The notes under the pieces: model-generated | Seen by the model: the letters and a program-made list of their open reading frames with translations, nothing else | Told to the model about the DNA's origin: nothing | The model's database searches: none | Translations under genes and position numbers: made by a program | NCBI GenBank assembly: GCA_944321495.1 | Contig: CALULP010000045.1 | Location: 1 to 24,000 of the forward strand | From: an uncultured Bacteroides sp. | GTDB taxonomy: Bacteria; Bacteroidota; Bacteroidia; Bacteroidales; Bacteroidaceae | Reading direction: 5' to 3' | DNA length: 24,000 bases | Part shown: in pieces, positions 7,338 through 16,696 of the stretch | How the letters are laid out: every line of letters starts with the position of its first letter | Position numbering within the stretch: the first letter of the stretch is position 1

Positions 7338-8632
7338 TGAGAAATTGTTTTGTTTTTACGCTCTCTGATAAAGATAGCTATAGGATTGCTAATTCCGCAA
7401 CAGTTAATATAAATGATTCGTCATTTTTTTGCTATACATTTTGGAAACCACGTATAGGAGGTAAAAAGCAAACATATATAACTCCGTATAGATTTTCCAA
7501 TGAAGCACTTGACTTACTCTATATATCATTGATGATTTTTTATGTCGATAGAAAGGTAAAACGTAAGGATCAGAATGATGCATGGACTCGCTATTTCGAA
7601 TTATATATGCCAGTAAAGGATGAGGTAAAATGGGAAGGTTGTAAGAAAATACTAACCGATGCTTTGAACTTTCTTACTGGAGATCATTGGATATTGCATT
7701 TCCGCAGCTGGACTTCTTTGACTGATGAAGAATACAACTATAGAAAAGGAAGACATAGGTATAGACGCTCTGTCAAGACAATAGATACAGATGTGTTTTG
7801 TATGTTATCAGGGGGCTTGGATTCTTTCATAGGGGCGATTAATTTACTTAAAGACGGTAAAAAACCATTTTTTATTAGTCATTATGGTGGAGGGAAAGGC
7901 GTTAAGAAATACCAAGATAATGTTGTAAACTCATTGTCTACATATTTTAATGTAAGACAAAAATGCTTTTTCCGTTTTTATGCTGCGGCTCAAGGTGGAG
8001 AAGAGGACACTACAAGATCACGTTCATTAATGTTCTTTGCACATGCCATTGCTATTGCATCTGGGATGAATCATCATGTTGACTTGTACATTCCGGAAAA
8101 TGGAGTTATTTCATTAAATATACCTCTTACAATTATGCGCCTCGGTAGTTTAAGTACTCGTACTACACATCCATATTTTATGGATTTATTACAACAACTC
8201 ATAACAAAACTCGGTTTAGATATTACTTTAATAAATCCTTTCCAATTTTTAACTAAAGGAGAGATGATGGCAACATGCTTAGATCAAGATTTCTTGAACG
8301 GACACTATCATAATACATTATCTTGTTCACATCCTGATCAAGGTCGTTGGTCTGGCGAGGAAGCTGGACATTGTGGTGAGTGTTTGCCATGTACAATTCG
8401 TAGGGCTGCCATTAATGCAGTGCATTTAGAGGATAAATCATGTTATCGTCACAATTATGATACCCCAACAGGTAAAGAAGTGTTGCAATCTTACAAACTT
8501 GGATTATCTAACCCTAAAGATAGTATGGCAGCAATTCAAATGTCTGGCCCAATTAAAAACAATCAACAGGATTATGCCGCTCTTTATGAGCGAGGAATAA
8601 AAGAATTAAAGGATTTTATAGATTTATTTTGA
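7337..8632 (+). CDS. qatC: QatC: QueC-like protein
   Basis: 431 aa. 'MLSGGLDSFIGAINLL' PP-loop motif and Cys cluster 'CSHPDQGRWSGEEAGHCGECLPCTIRRAAINA'. Confidence 0.9.
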   Translation: MRNCFVFTLSDKDSYRIANSATVNINDSSFFCYTFWKPRIGGKKQTYITPYRFSNEALDLLYISLMIFYVDRKVKRKDQNDAWTRYFELYMPVKDEVKWEGCKKILTDALNFLTGDHWILHFRSWTSLTDEEYNYRKGRHRYRRSVKTIDTDVFCMLSGGLDSFIGAINLLKDGKKPFFISHYGGGKGVKKYQDNVVNSLSTYFNVRQKCFFRFYAAAQGGEEDTTRSRSLMFFAHAIAIASGMNHHVDLYIPENGVISLNIPLTIMRLGSLSTRTTHPYFMDLLQQLITKLGLDITLINPFQFLTKGEMMATCLDQDFLNGHYHNTLSCSHPDQGRWSGEEAGHCGECLPCTIRRAAINAVHLEDKSCYRHNYDTPTGKEVLQSYKLGLSNPKDSMAAIQMSGPIKNNQQDYAALYERGIKELKDFIDLF

Positions 8633-9333
8633 TGGGATACCTATACGACACACATTTTCACCTCGATTTACAAAAAAATAAATCAGAGGCAATTCGTGAG
8701 ATAGAGGAGAAGCAAATATATACTATAGCAGTTACTAATCTTCCTGATTTATATAGGAAGGAATCAATTGAGATAGCAAGTAAGTATATTAGATTTGCAT
8801 TAGGTTTTCACCCAGAGCTACTTCATCTTTATAAGGAACAAATTCCATTAATGTGGGAGTTCTTATCAGAAGCACGGTATATTGGAGAGGTGGGATTAGA
8901 CTTTGTTGATACCACTCATAAAGAAGAACAAATTGCTTTCTTCAATGAACTAGTAGAAAGATGTCGATATGACAGCAGTAAGATAGTTACAATTCACTCT
9001 CGTTGTGCTGTAAAACAAGTATTGGAAATAATAGGTGATAGTTTTAGATTCAAGCCGATTCTTCATTGGTTTACTGGGACCCAAAATGAATTGCATTACG
9101 CAATAGAAAGAGGCTTCTTTTTTTCTGTTAATGGAGCAATGATGGCTTCAAAAAAGTTTAAATCCTTTTTGACATCAATACCTAAAGAGCGTTTGTTGCT
9201 CGAAACAGATAGTCCATTTACTCACTTTAAGAATACACATTCAGATGAGCTATTAAGGGTAGCATTGGCTCTTGTGGAAGAAAAAGAAGGTATAAATTTA
9301 AGGAATAATTTTAGATATTTATTATCACAATGA
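8629..9333 (+). CDS. qatD: QatD: TatD-like metal-dependent hydrolase/DNase
   Basis: 234 aa. 'YDTHFHLD', 'YIGEVGLDF', 'VTIHSRCA', 'PILHWFTG', 'LLLETDSPF'. Overlaps qatC by 4 nt. Confidence 0.92.
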   Translation: MMGYLYDTHFHLDLQKNKSEAIREIEEKQIYTIAVTNLPDLYRKESIEIASKYIRFALGFHPELLHLYKEQIPLMWEFLSEARYIGEVGLDFVDTTHKEEQIAFFNELVERCRYDSSKIVTIHSRCAVKQVLEIIGDSFRFKPILHWFTGTQNELHYAIERGFFFSVNGAMMASKKFKSFLTSIPKERLLLETDSPFTHFKNTHSDELLRVALALVEEKEGINLRNNFRYLLSQ

Positions 9334-9438
9334 AGTCTAATAATCCTTATGATTTTTTATCCACCCTTTCCTCCCATCGCCTCAGACCGTCTCAGACGGC
9401 GTGGTTTGTTTGCGCAAAATTCATTGATTATTGCGTAA

Positions 9439-9457
9439 TATATTGATAATCAATATA
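9439..9457. repeat. 19-bp AT-rich palindrome TATATTGAT-a-ATCAATATA in intergenic region
   Basis: 9-bp perfect arms read directly. Confidence 0.7.
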
Positions 9458-9543
9458 GATAAATTTCTTCAACGAAGACGAATACTGATGCAAACACGTG
9501 GCAGGGCAGTCTTGCAATCACATGAAGATAAGAAACGAGAAGG

Positions 9544-9580
9544 ACGGCAGGAATGGAAAGATTCCTGCCGTCTTTTTTTG
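9544..9580 (+). terminator. Rho-independent terminator
   Basis: GACGGCAGGAAT (9544-9555)/ATTCCTGCCGTC (9562-9573), perfect 12-bp stem followed by TTTTTTT. Confidence 0.85.
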
Positions 9581-9690
9581 TTATCGTTGTTGAGCGGTAA
9601 AAAAACCGATAAAAAAACGCCCTTTCCGCTTGGTTATTAATGAATAATTTATATCTTCGCAACAGATAATAACCCTTTAAATGTAATAGT

Positions 9691-10155
9691 ATGAAGAAAC
9701 TAATGTTTATGCTGTTTACCTTGCTGATGTGGGCGGGGTGCGGGTCTGTTTCCCATTTGCCGTCTTACGGCAGTCTTGTCAACGGTGGCCTTCCCGGATT
9801 TACATTTAACGTGGAGTCATGTCTGGGGAATGCTGTCGAACGGAAAGTAAATGTTACGATAGTCATGTCGCACCGCCTGGAGCCCCAGGAAATCACCCTG
9901 ATGGGGGGCGAGCAGACTTATGCTACCGACCACATGGGCAACCGCTTCCAGGTGGGGTATGCCAACGGGCAGGCTTCGCTGATGGCAGCTCCCGGCGTGC
10001 AGAAGAAAGTGATACTGGAGGTTTGGGGCATTACCCCGAATGTCGATGCGTTCACCTTGGTAAGCTGCCGCATCAGGGCGGTGACGAAAGGAGATGATGC
10101 CGATGCAAAGATTACAGCTTTGCAATTCCATAATGTACCTATTGTCTGGCAATAA
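9691..10155 (+). CDS. Putative lipoprotein
   Basis: 154 aa. N-terminal signal with lipobox-like 'LLMWAGC'. Confidence 0.75.
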   Translation: MKKLMFMLFTLLMWAGCGSVSHLPSYGSLVNGGLPGFTFNVESCLGNAVERKVNVTIVMSHRLEPQEITLMGGEQTYATDHMGNRFQVGYANGQASLMAAPGVQKKVILEVWGITPNVDAFTLVSCRIRAVTKGDDADAKITALQFHNVPIVWQ

Positions 10156-10187
10156 GTGCCAGGCATTTTTTTTGAAAACAATAACAG

Positions 10188-12626
10188 ATGATGATAATTC
10201 CGGAACAAACATCCCGGCAGCTGCCCGCCTTGCGCGAGCGTCATGTGCCGGAAGACTGCCGGGCCGAAGTGCGTGGCTTGTTGCAAGAAGTGTATGGTTA
10301 CAAAGATTTCCGTGACCTTGAGATTTACGACGACTTGTTCAAAGGCAAGGATAAGATATCCCTGTCCCAAGGACAGCTGGTGGAGCACGTTATCCGTGAA
10401 GCAGAGGCTTCCCGCGACGGGAAAGCCGATGTGGACAACATCTTGCTCACGGCGCCTACCGGCTCCGGGAAGTCATTGCTTTTCCAGCTCCCGGCCATCT
10501 ACCTGGGACGGCAATACGGCATGCTGACCTTGGTGGTTTCACCCCTGAAAGCCTTGATTGTGGACCAAGTGGAAAGCTTGCAGGATTTAGGCTACATGCG
10601 GGTGGACTATGCTTCGTCCGACTTGTCGCCCGAGCAAAAGGCAGAGGCATACCGCCGGGTGCGTGAAGGCGAAGTTGACCTGTTTTACCTCTCGCCGGAA
10701 TTATTGCTCTCTTACGACATCCGTCATTTCATAGGCGGCCGCCGCATCGGGCTGGTTGTGGTGGACGAGGCGCATACGGTCACCACCTGGGGCAAGGAGT
10801 TCCGGGTAGACTATTGGTTCCTGGGGCGTTACCTGAACAGTCTGAAGTCCGTGTTGGCCTACAGCTTCCCCCTGTTTGCCCTGACTGCCACGGCGGTCTG
10901 GAACCCGTATGGCGGCAATGACATGGTATTTGAAACCATCCGTTCCTTGCAGATGGAGCCGTGCGTGCTTTATGTGGGCACGGTGAAGCGGCGCAACATC
11001 GGCTTCGACATCCGGCAACTGCAGCCGGAAGAGGGCGAAACCTACGACAAAGCCAAGCAGCGGGTGGTCTCAGCCCGCATAGAAGGCTTCTTGGACGGGC
11101 ATAAAACCCTGTTGTACTATCCGTTTGCCGGAGGCATCGACTTGCGGCTGAAAAGCTGGGTCGGCCCGGCGGACCGCCATTGGGTGGCTTCGTACTACGG
11201 CAAGAAAGACAAAGAGCAGAAGAAAGAAATTGTGCGCGCCTTCAAGGAGGGCGAGAAAAAGTTGATTGTGGCTACCAAGGCTTTCGGCATGGGCGTGGAC
11301 ATCAGCGACATCGACCGGGTGTATCACGTGGCGCCCTCAAGCACCTTTGTCGATTACATCCAGGAGATAGGGCGTGCCGCGCGCGACAACGGCATACAAG
11401 GCATTTCCGCCACCGATTTCCATGAACGCGATTTCTACTACATGAAACGCCTGCACCAGACGGGCAATATCAGCCAGGAACAGTTGGACTTGATTCTCCG
11501 CAAGCTGGTCGAGGTCTATCGCATGAAAGGCGGGAAGCAAGACATGCAGGTGTCGCTGTCCGACTTTGAATTTGTCGTCAAGCTTCCCCGCTGCAAGAAC
11601 AAGCTGGAGTATGAGTCCGAATTGGGGCAACTCATCAAGACGGCATTGCTGTGGTTGGAAGACGACTTGGCGCAGCGTTTCGGGAGGCGGCTGATTGAGG
11701 TCAGCCCGTGCAACCTGCTTACAGAGGGCTTCATGCAGGACAAAACCGGCGATGCCTTTGCCCGTGAGTTCGGCGCTTATCTGGAAAAAGTGGAAGAGGA
11801 CATCTACAAGGTGCGCCTTGACGCCTTGTGGGAAGAGCGTTTCCCGGAACTGGGCTACAAGGAGTACAAGCAGAAGCTGAACAACGGCACCCTGCTCGAG
11901 GGCGCGCGTGCCGTGCTGGTAGGCCGCCATGACGTGCTGCTGAAGGAAGACGCCCCGGTCATCCGCGAAAAGCTGGATGCACTGTTCAAAAGCCTGACCC
12001 TGTTGATGAAAACGGCCCTGTTCAAGAACAAGGGGCATTTTGACGAGACAGCCCTGCGTGCCGTTTTCGAGGAACACCACGTGGATATGCGTCCCGCCAA
12101 GCGCTTCCTGGGCTCGCTGCTCGAATCGCGCACCGAAGAAGGGCGCAGCGTCAGCTATATCAGCAGCGCGAAGAAGAAGGAGTCCAACGAACTGCAGTTT
12201 ACCGTGACCCGCGGTTTCGACCTCCTGCTGTCCCGCTACCAGAAGATGTTTGCCCAGCGCATTGCCGGCTGCAAGGGCGACCGCCTGGTGTTCTACTGCA
12301 CCCCATTTTCCGACCTGAACATGCTGCTCAACCTCCTTTCCATGCTCGACTGCCTGTCGTTCAGCGTAGAAGGCGGGGGCAGCCCTTGCGTGGCCGTCCG
12401 CCTTGACGAGCCGGAAACGTTGCACCAGTTGCTCTCGTCGGGCGCGTATCGCAACCTTATCCTGGACGGAAATGAGCGCATCTTCCAGGAGCAGATAGAG
12501 CTGTTCTCCCTGTTTTTCGGCACGGACAAGCTGGACGATGCCCAACGCTGGGATTTCGTGGAAGACTATTTCACGGGCATGGGCGTGGATGGCCTGCGGA
12601 AGAAATACTTCCCCACGCAAAAGTAG
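10188..12626 (+). CDS. RecQ-like superfamily II DNA helicase with a long C-terminal extension
   Basis: 812 aa. 'LLTAPTGSGKSLLFQLPAI', 'LVVVDEAHTVTTWG', 'IVATKAFGMGVDISDIDRVYHVAPSSTFVDYIQEIGRAARD'. Confidence 0.88.
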   Translation: MMIIPEQTSRQLPALRERHVPEDCRAEVRGLLQEVYGYKDFRDLEIYDDLFKGKDKISLSQGQLVEHVIREAEASRDGKADVDNILLTAPTGSGKSLLFQLPAIYLGRQYGMLTLVVSPLKALIVDQVESLQDLGYMRVDYASSDLSPEQKAEAYRRVREGEVDLFYLSPELLLSYDIRHFIGGRRIGLVVVDEAHTVTTWGKEFRVDYWFLGRYLNSLKSVLAYSFPLFALTATAVWNPYGGNDMVFETIRSLQMEPCVLYVGTVKRRNIGFDIRQLQPEEGETYDKAKQRVVSARIEGFLDGHKTLLYYPFAGGIDLRLKSWVGPADRHWVASYYGKKDKEQKKEIVRAFKEGEKKLIVATKAFGMGVDISDIDRVYHVAPSSTFVDYIQEIGRAARDNGIQGISATDFHERDFYYMKRLHQTGNISQEQLDLILRKLVEVYRMKGGKQDMQVSLSDFEFVVKLPRCKNKLEYESELGQLIKTALLWLEDDLAQRFGRRLIEVSPCNLLTEGFMQDKTGDAFAREFGAYLEKVEEDIYKVRLDALWEERFPELGYKEYKQKLNNGTLLEGARAVLVGRHDVLLKEDAPVIREKLDALFKSLTLLMKTALFKNKGHFDETALRAVFEEHHVDMRPAKRFLGSLLESRTEEGRSVSYISSAKKKESNELQFTVTRGFDLLLSRYQKMFAQRIAGCKGDRLVFYCTPFSDLNMLLNLLSMLDCLSFSVEGGGSPCVAVRLDEPETLHQLLSSGAYRNLILDGNERIFQEQIELFSLFFGTDKLDDAQRWDFVEDYFTGMGVDGLRKKYFPTQK

Positions 12627-12677
12627 GCGGAGGGTCGGGGCGCATCCGGCGTTTGCCGCGCGCCTGTAAGGCAAACG

Positions 12678-13175
12678 CTAAAGTTGTATTTTCTGGTAAG
12701 CCAGCCGCTCGTCCCCGTTGTCTAAGTAGATGATGCCGCAATAGCGGAACCCGTGTTTTTGCAGGATGTGTTGCAGGATGTGGTTGTCCTGGTGGGTGTC
12801 CGCGCGCAAGTTCGGCATCCGGCGGCAGCACCAGTCTATGCAGGCTGCTGCCACGCCGTGGCTGTCCTCGGTGCTTGCCAGGCGGTGTATGGTGGCATAC
12901 GGCAGGGTGTCATCCAGCCATTGCCCCCGGTAGATGCGGGCATAAGTCGGTTCTTCGCCCGGGATGAAGGCAAACGTCCCGATGGCTTCCCCCTGTCCGT
13001 CTTGGCAGATGTAGCAATTCCCGTGGGCAATGTCGTTCAATACGGTGGAGGCTTCGGGATAGCCGTTGGTCCATTGCTTCAGGTTTCCGTTTTTCCGCAT
13101 GATGCGTTTCCCCTGTTCAAAAAGCTCCATCAGGGTGTCCAGGTCTTCGTCCTTTGCTTTTCGGATGCGGGTCAT
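12678..13175 (-). CDS. GNAT-family N-acetyltransferase
   Basis: 165 aa 'MTRIRKAKDEDLDTLMELFEQGKRIMRKNG...HRLASTEDSHGVAAACIDWC...NHILQHILQKHGFRYCGIIYL', typical GNAT layout. Confidence 0.85.
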   Translation of the reverse strand: MTRIRKAKDEDLDTLMELFEQGKRIMRKNGNLKQWTNGYPEASTVLNDIAHGNCYICQDGQGEAIGTFAFIPGEEPTYARIYRGQWLDDTLPYATIHRLASTEDSHGVAAACIDWCCRRMPNLRADTHQDNHILQHILQKHGFRYCGIIYLDNGDERLAYQKIQL

Positions 13176-13556
13176 AGGTTCATTGGTGCTTTTATTGGAG
13201 ACTGTTCTGCCTGTTTGGCGTGCAAAGATAGCGTTTTTTCCTTTTTTATCCCCGTATCGTGTTTTTACTCTTTTTTTCTTTCCATGCCTGCCCGGCCGGG
13301 CATACCATTTTTATATAGTATTCCATCTTTTCGCGAAGAATCATTACAAAACCTGTACCTACCCCCTCCTTACCTTCTCCTTACCCGCTCCTTATCTGCT
13401 CCTTTTGTCGGCTTTCGCTATGGAAAGGAAAAATAGCGGACAAAGAATAGGGAAGGTCGTTTCCCGCGGGGGGATGTCCGGCTCTGTCTTGTTTGGAAAA
13501 TAACGAAGATAACGGGCTTGAAAACCCATCAATAAGTTTTTTTAATTGAATATTTC

Positions 13557-13587
13557 TTTGTTTTTGTTGTATTTTGATATATATTTG
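13557..13587 (+). promoter_or_regulatory. Bacteroides-type promoter for the SusC-like gene
   Basis: TTTG (13557-13560), N19, TATATTTG (13580-13587). Matches TTTG-N19-21-TAnnTTTG, ~70 nt before the ATG at 13660. Confidence 0.65.
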
Positions 13588-13659
13588 CAGAGTTCTAATA
13601 CTGGAACACGCTGAGAACAGTTAATCTTAATTAAATCAAACACAATCAAAGTCAAACAC

Positions 13660-16649
13660 ATGAAAAAGCTTTTATCGGTTTTGTTTATGTTGAGCTTGAC
13701 CTTAGCTTCCGTGTATGCGCAGAACATACAGGTAAAAGGTACAGTGGTGAGCGGGACGGACAATGGCCCCTTGCCAGGTGTAAATGTCGTGTTGAAAGGC
13801 AACACGAGTGTGGGAACCATTACCGACATCGACGGTAATTTCAGCCTTTCGGTTCCTTCCGATGCGGTGCTTACCATCTCCTACATCGGCTTTGTGACGC
13901 AAGATGTGCCCGTGAACGGGCAGACCGCGTTGAACATTTCCTTGGCGGAGGATAATGAAACGCTGGATGAAGTGGTGGTCATCGGTTATGGTACGGCAAG
14001 GAAAAGCGACTTGACGGGTTCTTTGTCTTCGGTGAGCAGCGATTCTTACGAGAACCAGAATGTGACCCGTATCGACGAGGCCCTGCAAGGCCGTGCAGCC
14101 GGTATCCAGATTTCGAATACGGTAGGTGCCCCCGGCGGTGACGTGCGTATCCGTATCCGTGGCGCCAACTCCGTGTTGGGCGACAACAGCCCGTTGTTTG
14201 TCATCGACGGTTTCGTAGGTGCCGATTTCAACCTGCTGAACCCTAACGACATCCAGTCCATCGAAGTGCTGAAGGACGCTACGGTTCACGTGGCGCCAAC
14301 GGCGTTGTCCTGGTCACTACCAAGAGCGGCAACAAGGACGGCAAGGTGACGGTGAGCTACCAGGGAAGCGTGTCTATTTCCAATCAGATTAAGAAGTACG
14401 ACATGTTGAGCGCCGGCGATTATGCCACCATCGTAAACGAATATGATCAGGCTATGGGTGTCACGAACCTGAAGTTTACGTCGGACGAGATTGACGAATT
14501 CTACCGCACCGGCGGTTTCGATTACAACGACGCGGTGTTCCGCACGGCAATCTCCAACCAGCACCAGTTGAGCATCTCGGGCGGTACGGAGAAAACGCAG
14601 TACCGTGTGTCCGGCAACTTCTTGAATATGGAAGGCATTGTGCGCGAGTCGGGCTTTAAGCGTTACACCATCCGCGCCAACGTCAATACGCAGGTCAACA
14701 AGAGGTTGTCGTTCCGTTTCAATGCCAACGGCACGTATAGCGACGGCCGCAACAACCAGTCGCGCACCGGTGCCGGCAACCCCGTGGTGCAGGCTATGGC
14801 TTGGGCGCCGACGACCAACCCGTATGACGGCAACGGCGGATATACGATGTCCGACCCTACCGGTTCTATCAAGACCAATCCGTTGGCTTTGATATACGAC
14901 ACGGAGAACCTGCGTTCGCGCACGTTTGTCAACGTGATGGCAGGCGCACGTTATGAGATTATCGACGGCTTGAGCCTCGATTTCCAGGGAGCTGCCGACT
15001 TGGGCTTCTACAACAACAAGACCTGGAGCGGCAACTATGCCTCCAACAACACGCCGAGCGCTTCGAAGACCAACAACCAGGCCGTGACGTTGCAGACCAC
15101 CACGCAGCTGTCTTACGACCGCACGTTTAAGGATATCCACCACATCAACGCCGTGGTAGCCCTGGAAACCCAGAAGTATCAGTGGGAATCGTTGAACGGC
15201 AGTGCATCCAACCTGAAGTTCCCCGATTTGAAGTACGACAACCTGGCGCAGGCCGCATCCAATTCTACAGGTTCGGATTATTCCATGTGGGCCTTGCTGT
15301 CCTACCTGGGCCGTGTCAACTATACGTTGATGGACAAGTACCTGTTCTCAGTATCGGTACGTCGCGACGGTTCTTCTAAGTTTGCCAAGGGCAACCGCTT
15401 CAGTACGTTCCCCGCATTTGCTGTGGCCTGGAATTTGGGTAATGAGGAATTTGTCCAGAACCTGAACGTGTTCGACAAACTGAAACTGCGTGCCAGCTGG
15501 GGCCTCACGGGTAGCCAGGCCATCTCGCCTTACGCTACGTTGGCTACCTATAGCGATATTAACTTCCCCTTCACTACGGCTTCCCGTACCAACGGTATCC
15601 GCATGGGTAATCCCGGCAATACGGACCTGAAGTGGGAAACCACCAAGCAGCTTGACTTGGGTATCGAGTTGGGCTTCTTCAACAACCGCCTGAACATTGA
15701 GTTCGACTACTTCCAGAAGCACACGAGCGACTTGCTGCTGAACAAGACAGTGCCTTATTTCCTGGGTAGCGGCAGCATTGTTTCCAACGTGGGCGATATC
15801 GAGAACAAGGGTATCGAATTCAACATCACGGCCAACATTATTTCGACCAAGGATTGGGGTTGGGAAAGCACGTTCAACTTCTCATCGGTGAAGAACGAGG
15901 TGACCAACCTGGGTGGCGAGACCCGCATCTTTGACTACACGGACGTGACCGGTCTGAACGGCCAGCCTTCCTTTGTTTACCAGGTCGGCGAGTCACTGGG
16001 CTCTTTGTGGGGCTTGAAGTACTTGGGACCGTGGCGCGAAGACCAGGCTGCGGAGGCTGCCAAGTATGGTTGCAAACCGGGCGATGCGCGGTATGAGGAC
16101 GTGGATAACAGTTATACGATAGACGGTTCCGATTACCAGATTATCGGTTGCGGTATGCCGAAGTACTCGTTGGGTTGGAACAATACGGTAACATACAAGG
16201 GCTTTACGCTGAATGCTTTCTTCCAAGGCTCTTTCGGTGCCGATAAGATGAACTTCACGCGTGCCATGCACCTGATGGGCGACCGTGATGCCCGCTATGC
16301 CACTTTGGCCGAAATCAAAGACCGTTACCAGCCCGGAAATGAAAATGCCTGGCTGCCGGCATGGAGCACCAGCAGTAAGTGGGAGCCCCAGTCTACGCTG
16401 TTCATGGAGAATGCCAACTATCTGCGTTTGAAGAACCTGAGCCTGAGCTACGACTTCAAGGTGAAGAATCTGGCAGACTTCAGGGTTTCCGTAAGTGCGA
16501 CCAACTTGTTCACCATCACCAAGTATAAGGGAATCGACCCCGAATCGAGCAACGTGGGCGGTGGCGCTTCCGACGTTCAGCAGGGTGTGGACTATGGTGC
16601 TTACCCCAACTCCAAGACGTACACCATCGGGCTTAACATCACCTTCTGA
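13660..16649 (+). pseudogene. SusC/RagA-family TonB-dependent outer membrane protein, open reading frame disrupted near 14281
   Basis: ORF 13660-14349 carries the signal peptide, carboxypeptidase-D-like domain ('VVSGTDNGPLPGVNVVLKGN...') and plug. ORF 14346-16649 carries the beta-barrel. Both are the same protein in two frames, broken in the conserved '[28 protein letters not shown]' region. Confidence 0.85.
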
Positions 16650-16696
16650 TGACAGGGAGATGCCTATTGTTGAATCATTTTAAATTAAAAGATGTC

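Noticed and set aside
9431-9640. ORF 9431-9640 as a real small protein
   Set aside because: It reads through a perfect intrinsic terminator (9544-9580) and has no recognised domain.
11337-12674. Minus-strand ORF 11337-12674 (445 aa)
   Set aside because: Antisense to the helicase gene, His/Val/Gln-rich translation without motifs.
12753-13503. Plus-strand ORFs 12753-13436 and 13066-13503
   Set aside because: They overlap the well-supported GNAT gene on the minus strand and have low-complexity, signal-less translations typical of antisense ORFs in GC-rich DNA.
14281-14349. Programmed ribosomal frameshift in susC
   Set aside because: No slippery heptamer at the junction, and conserved residues are missing rather than just shifted, so a deletion (real or assembly) fits better.
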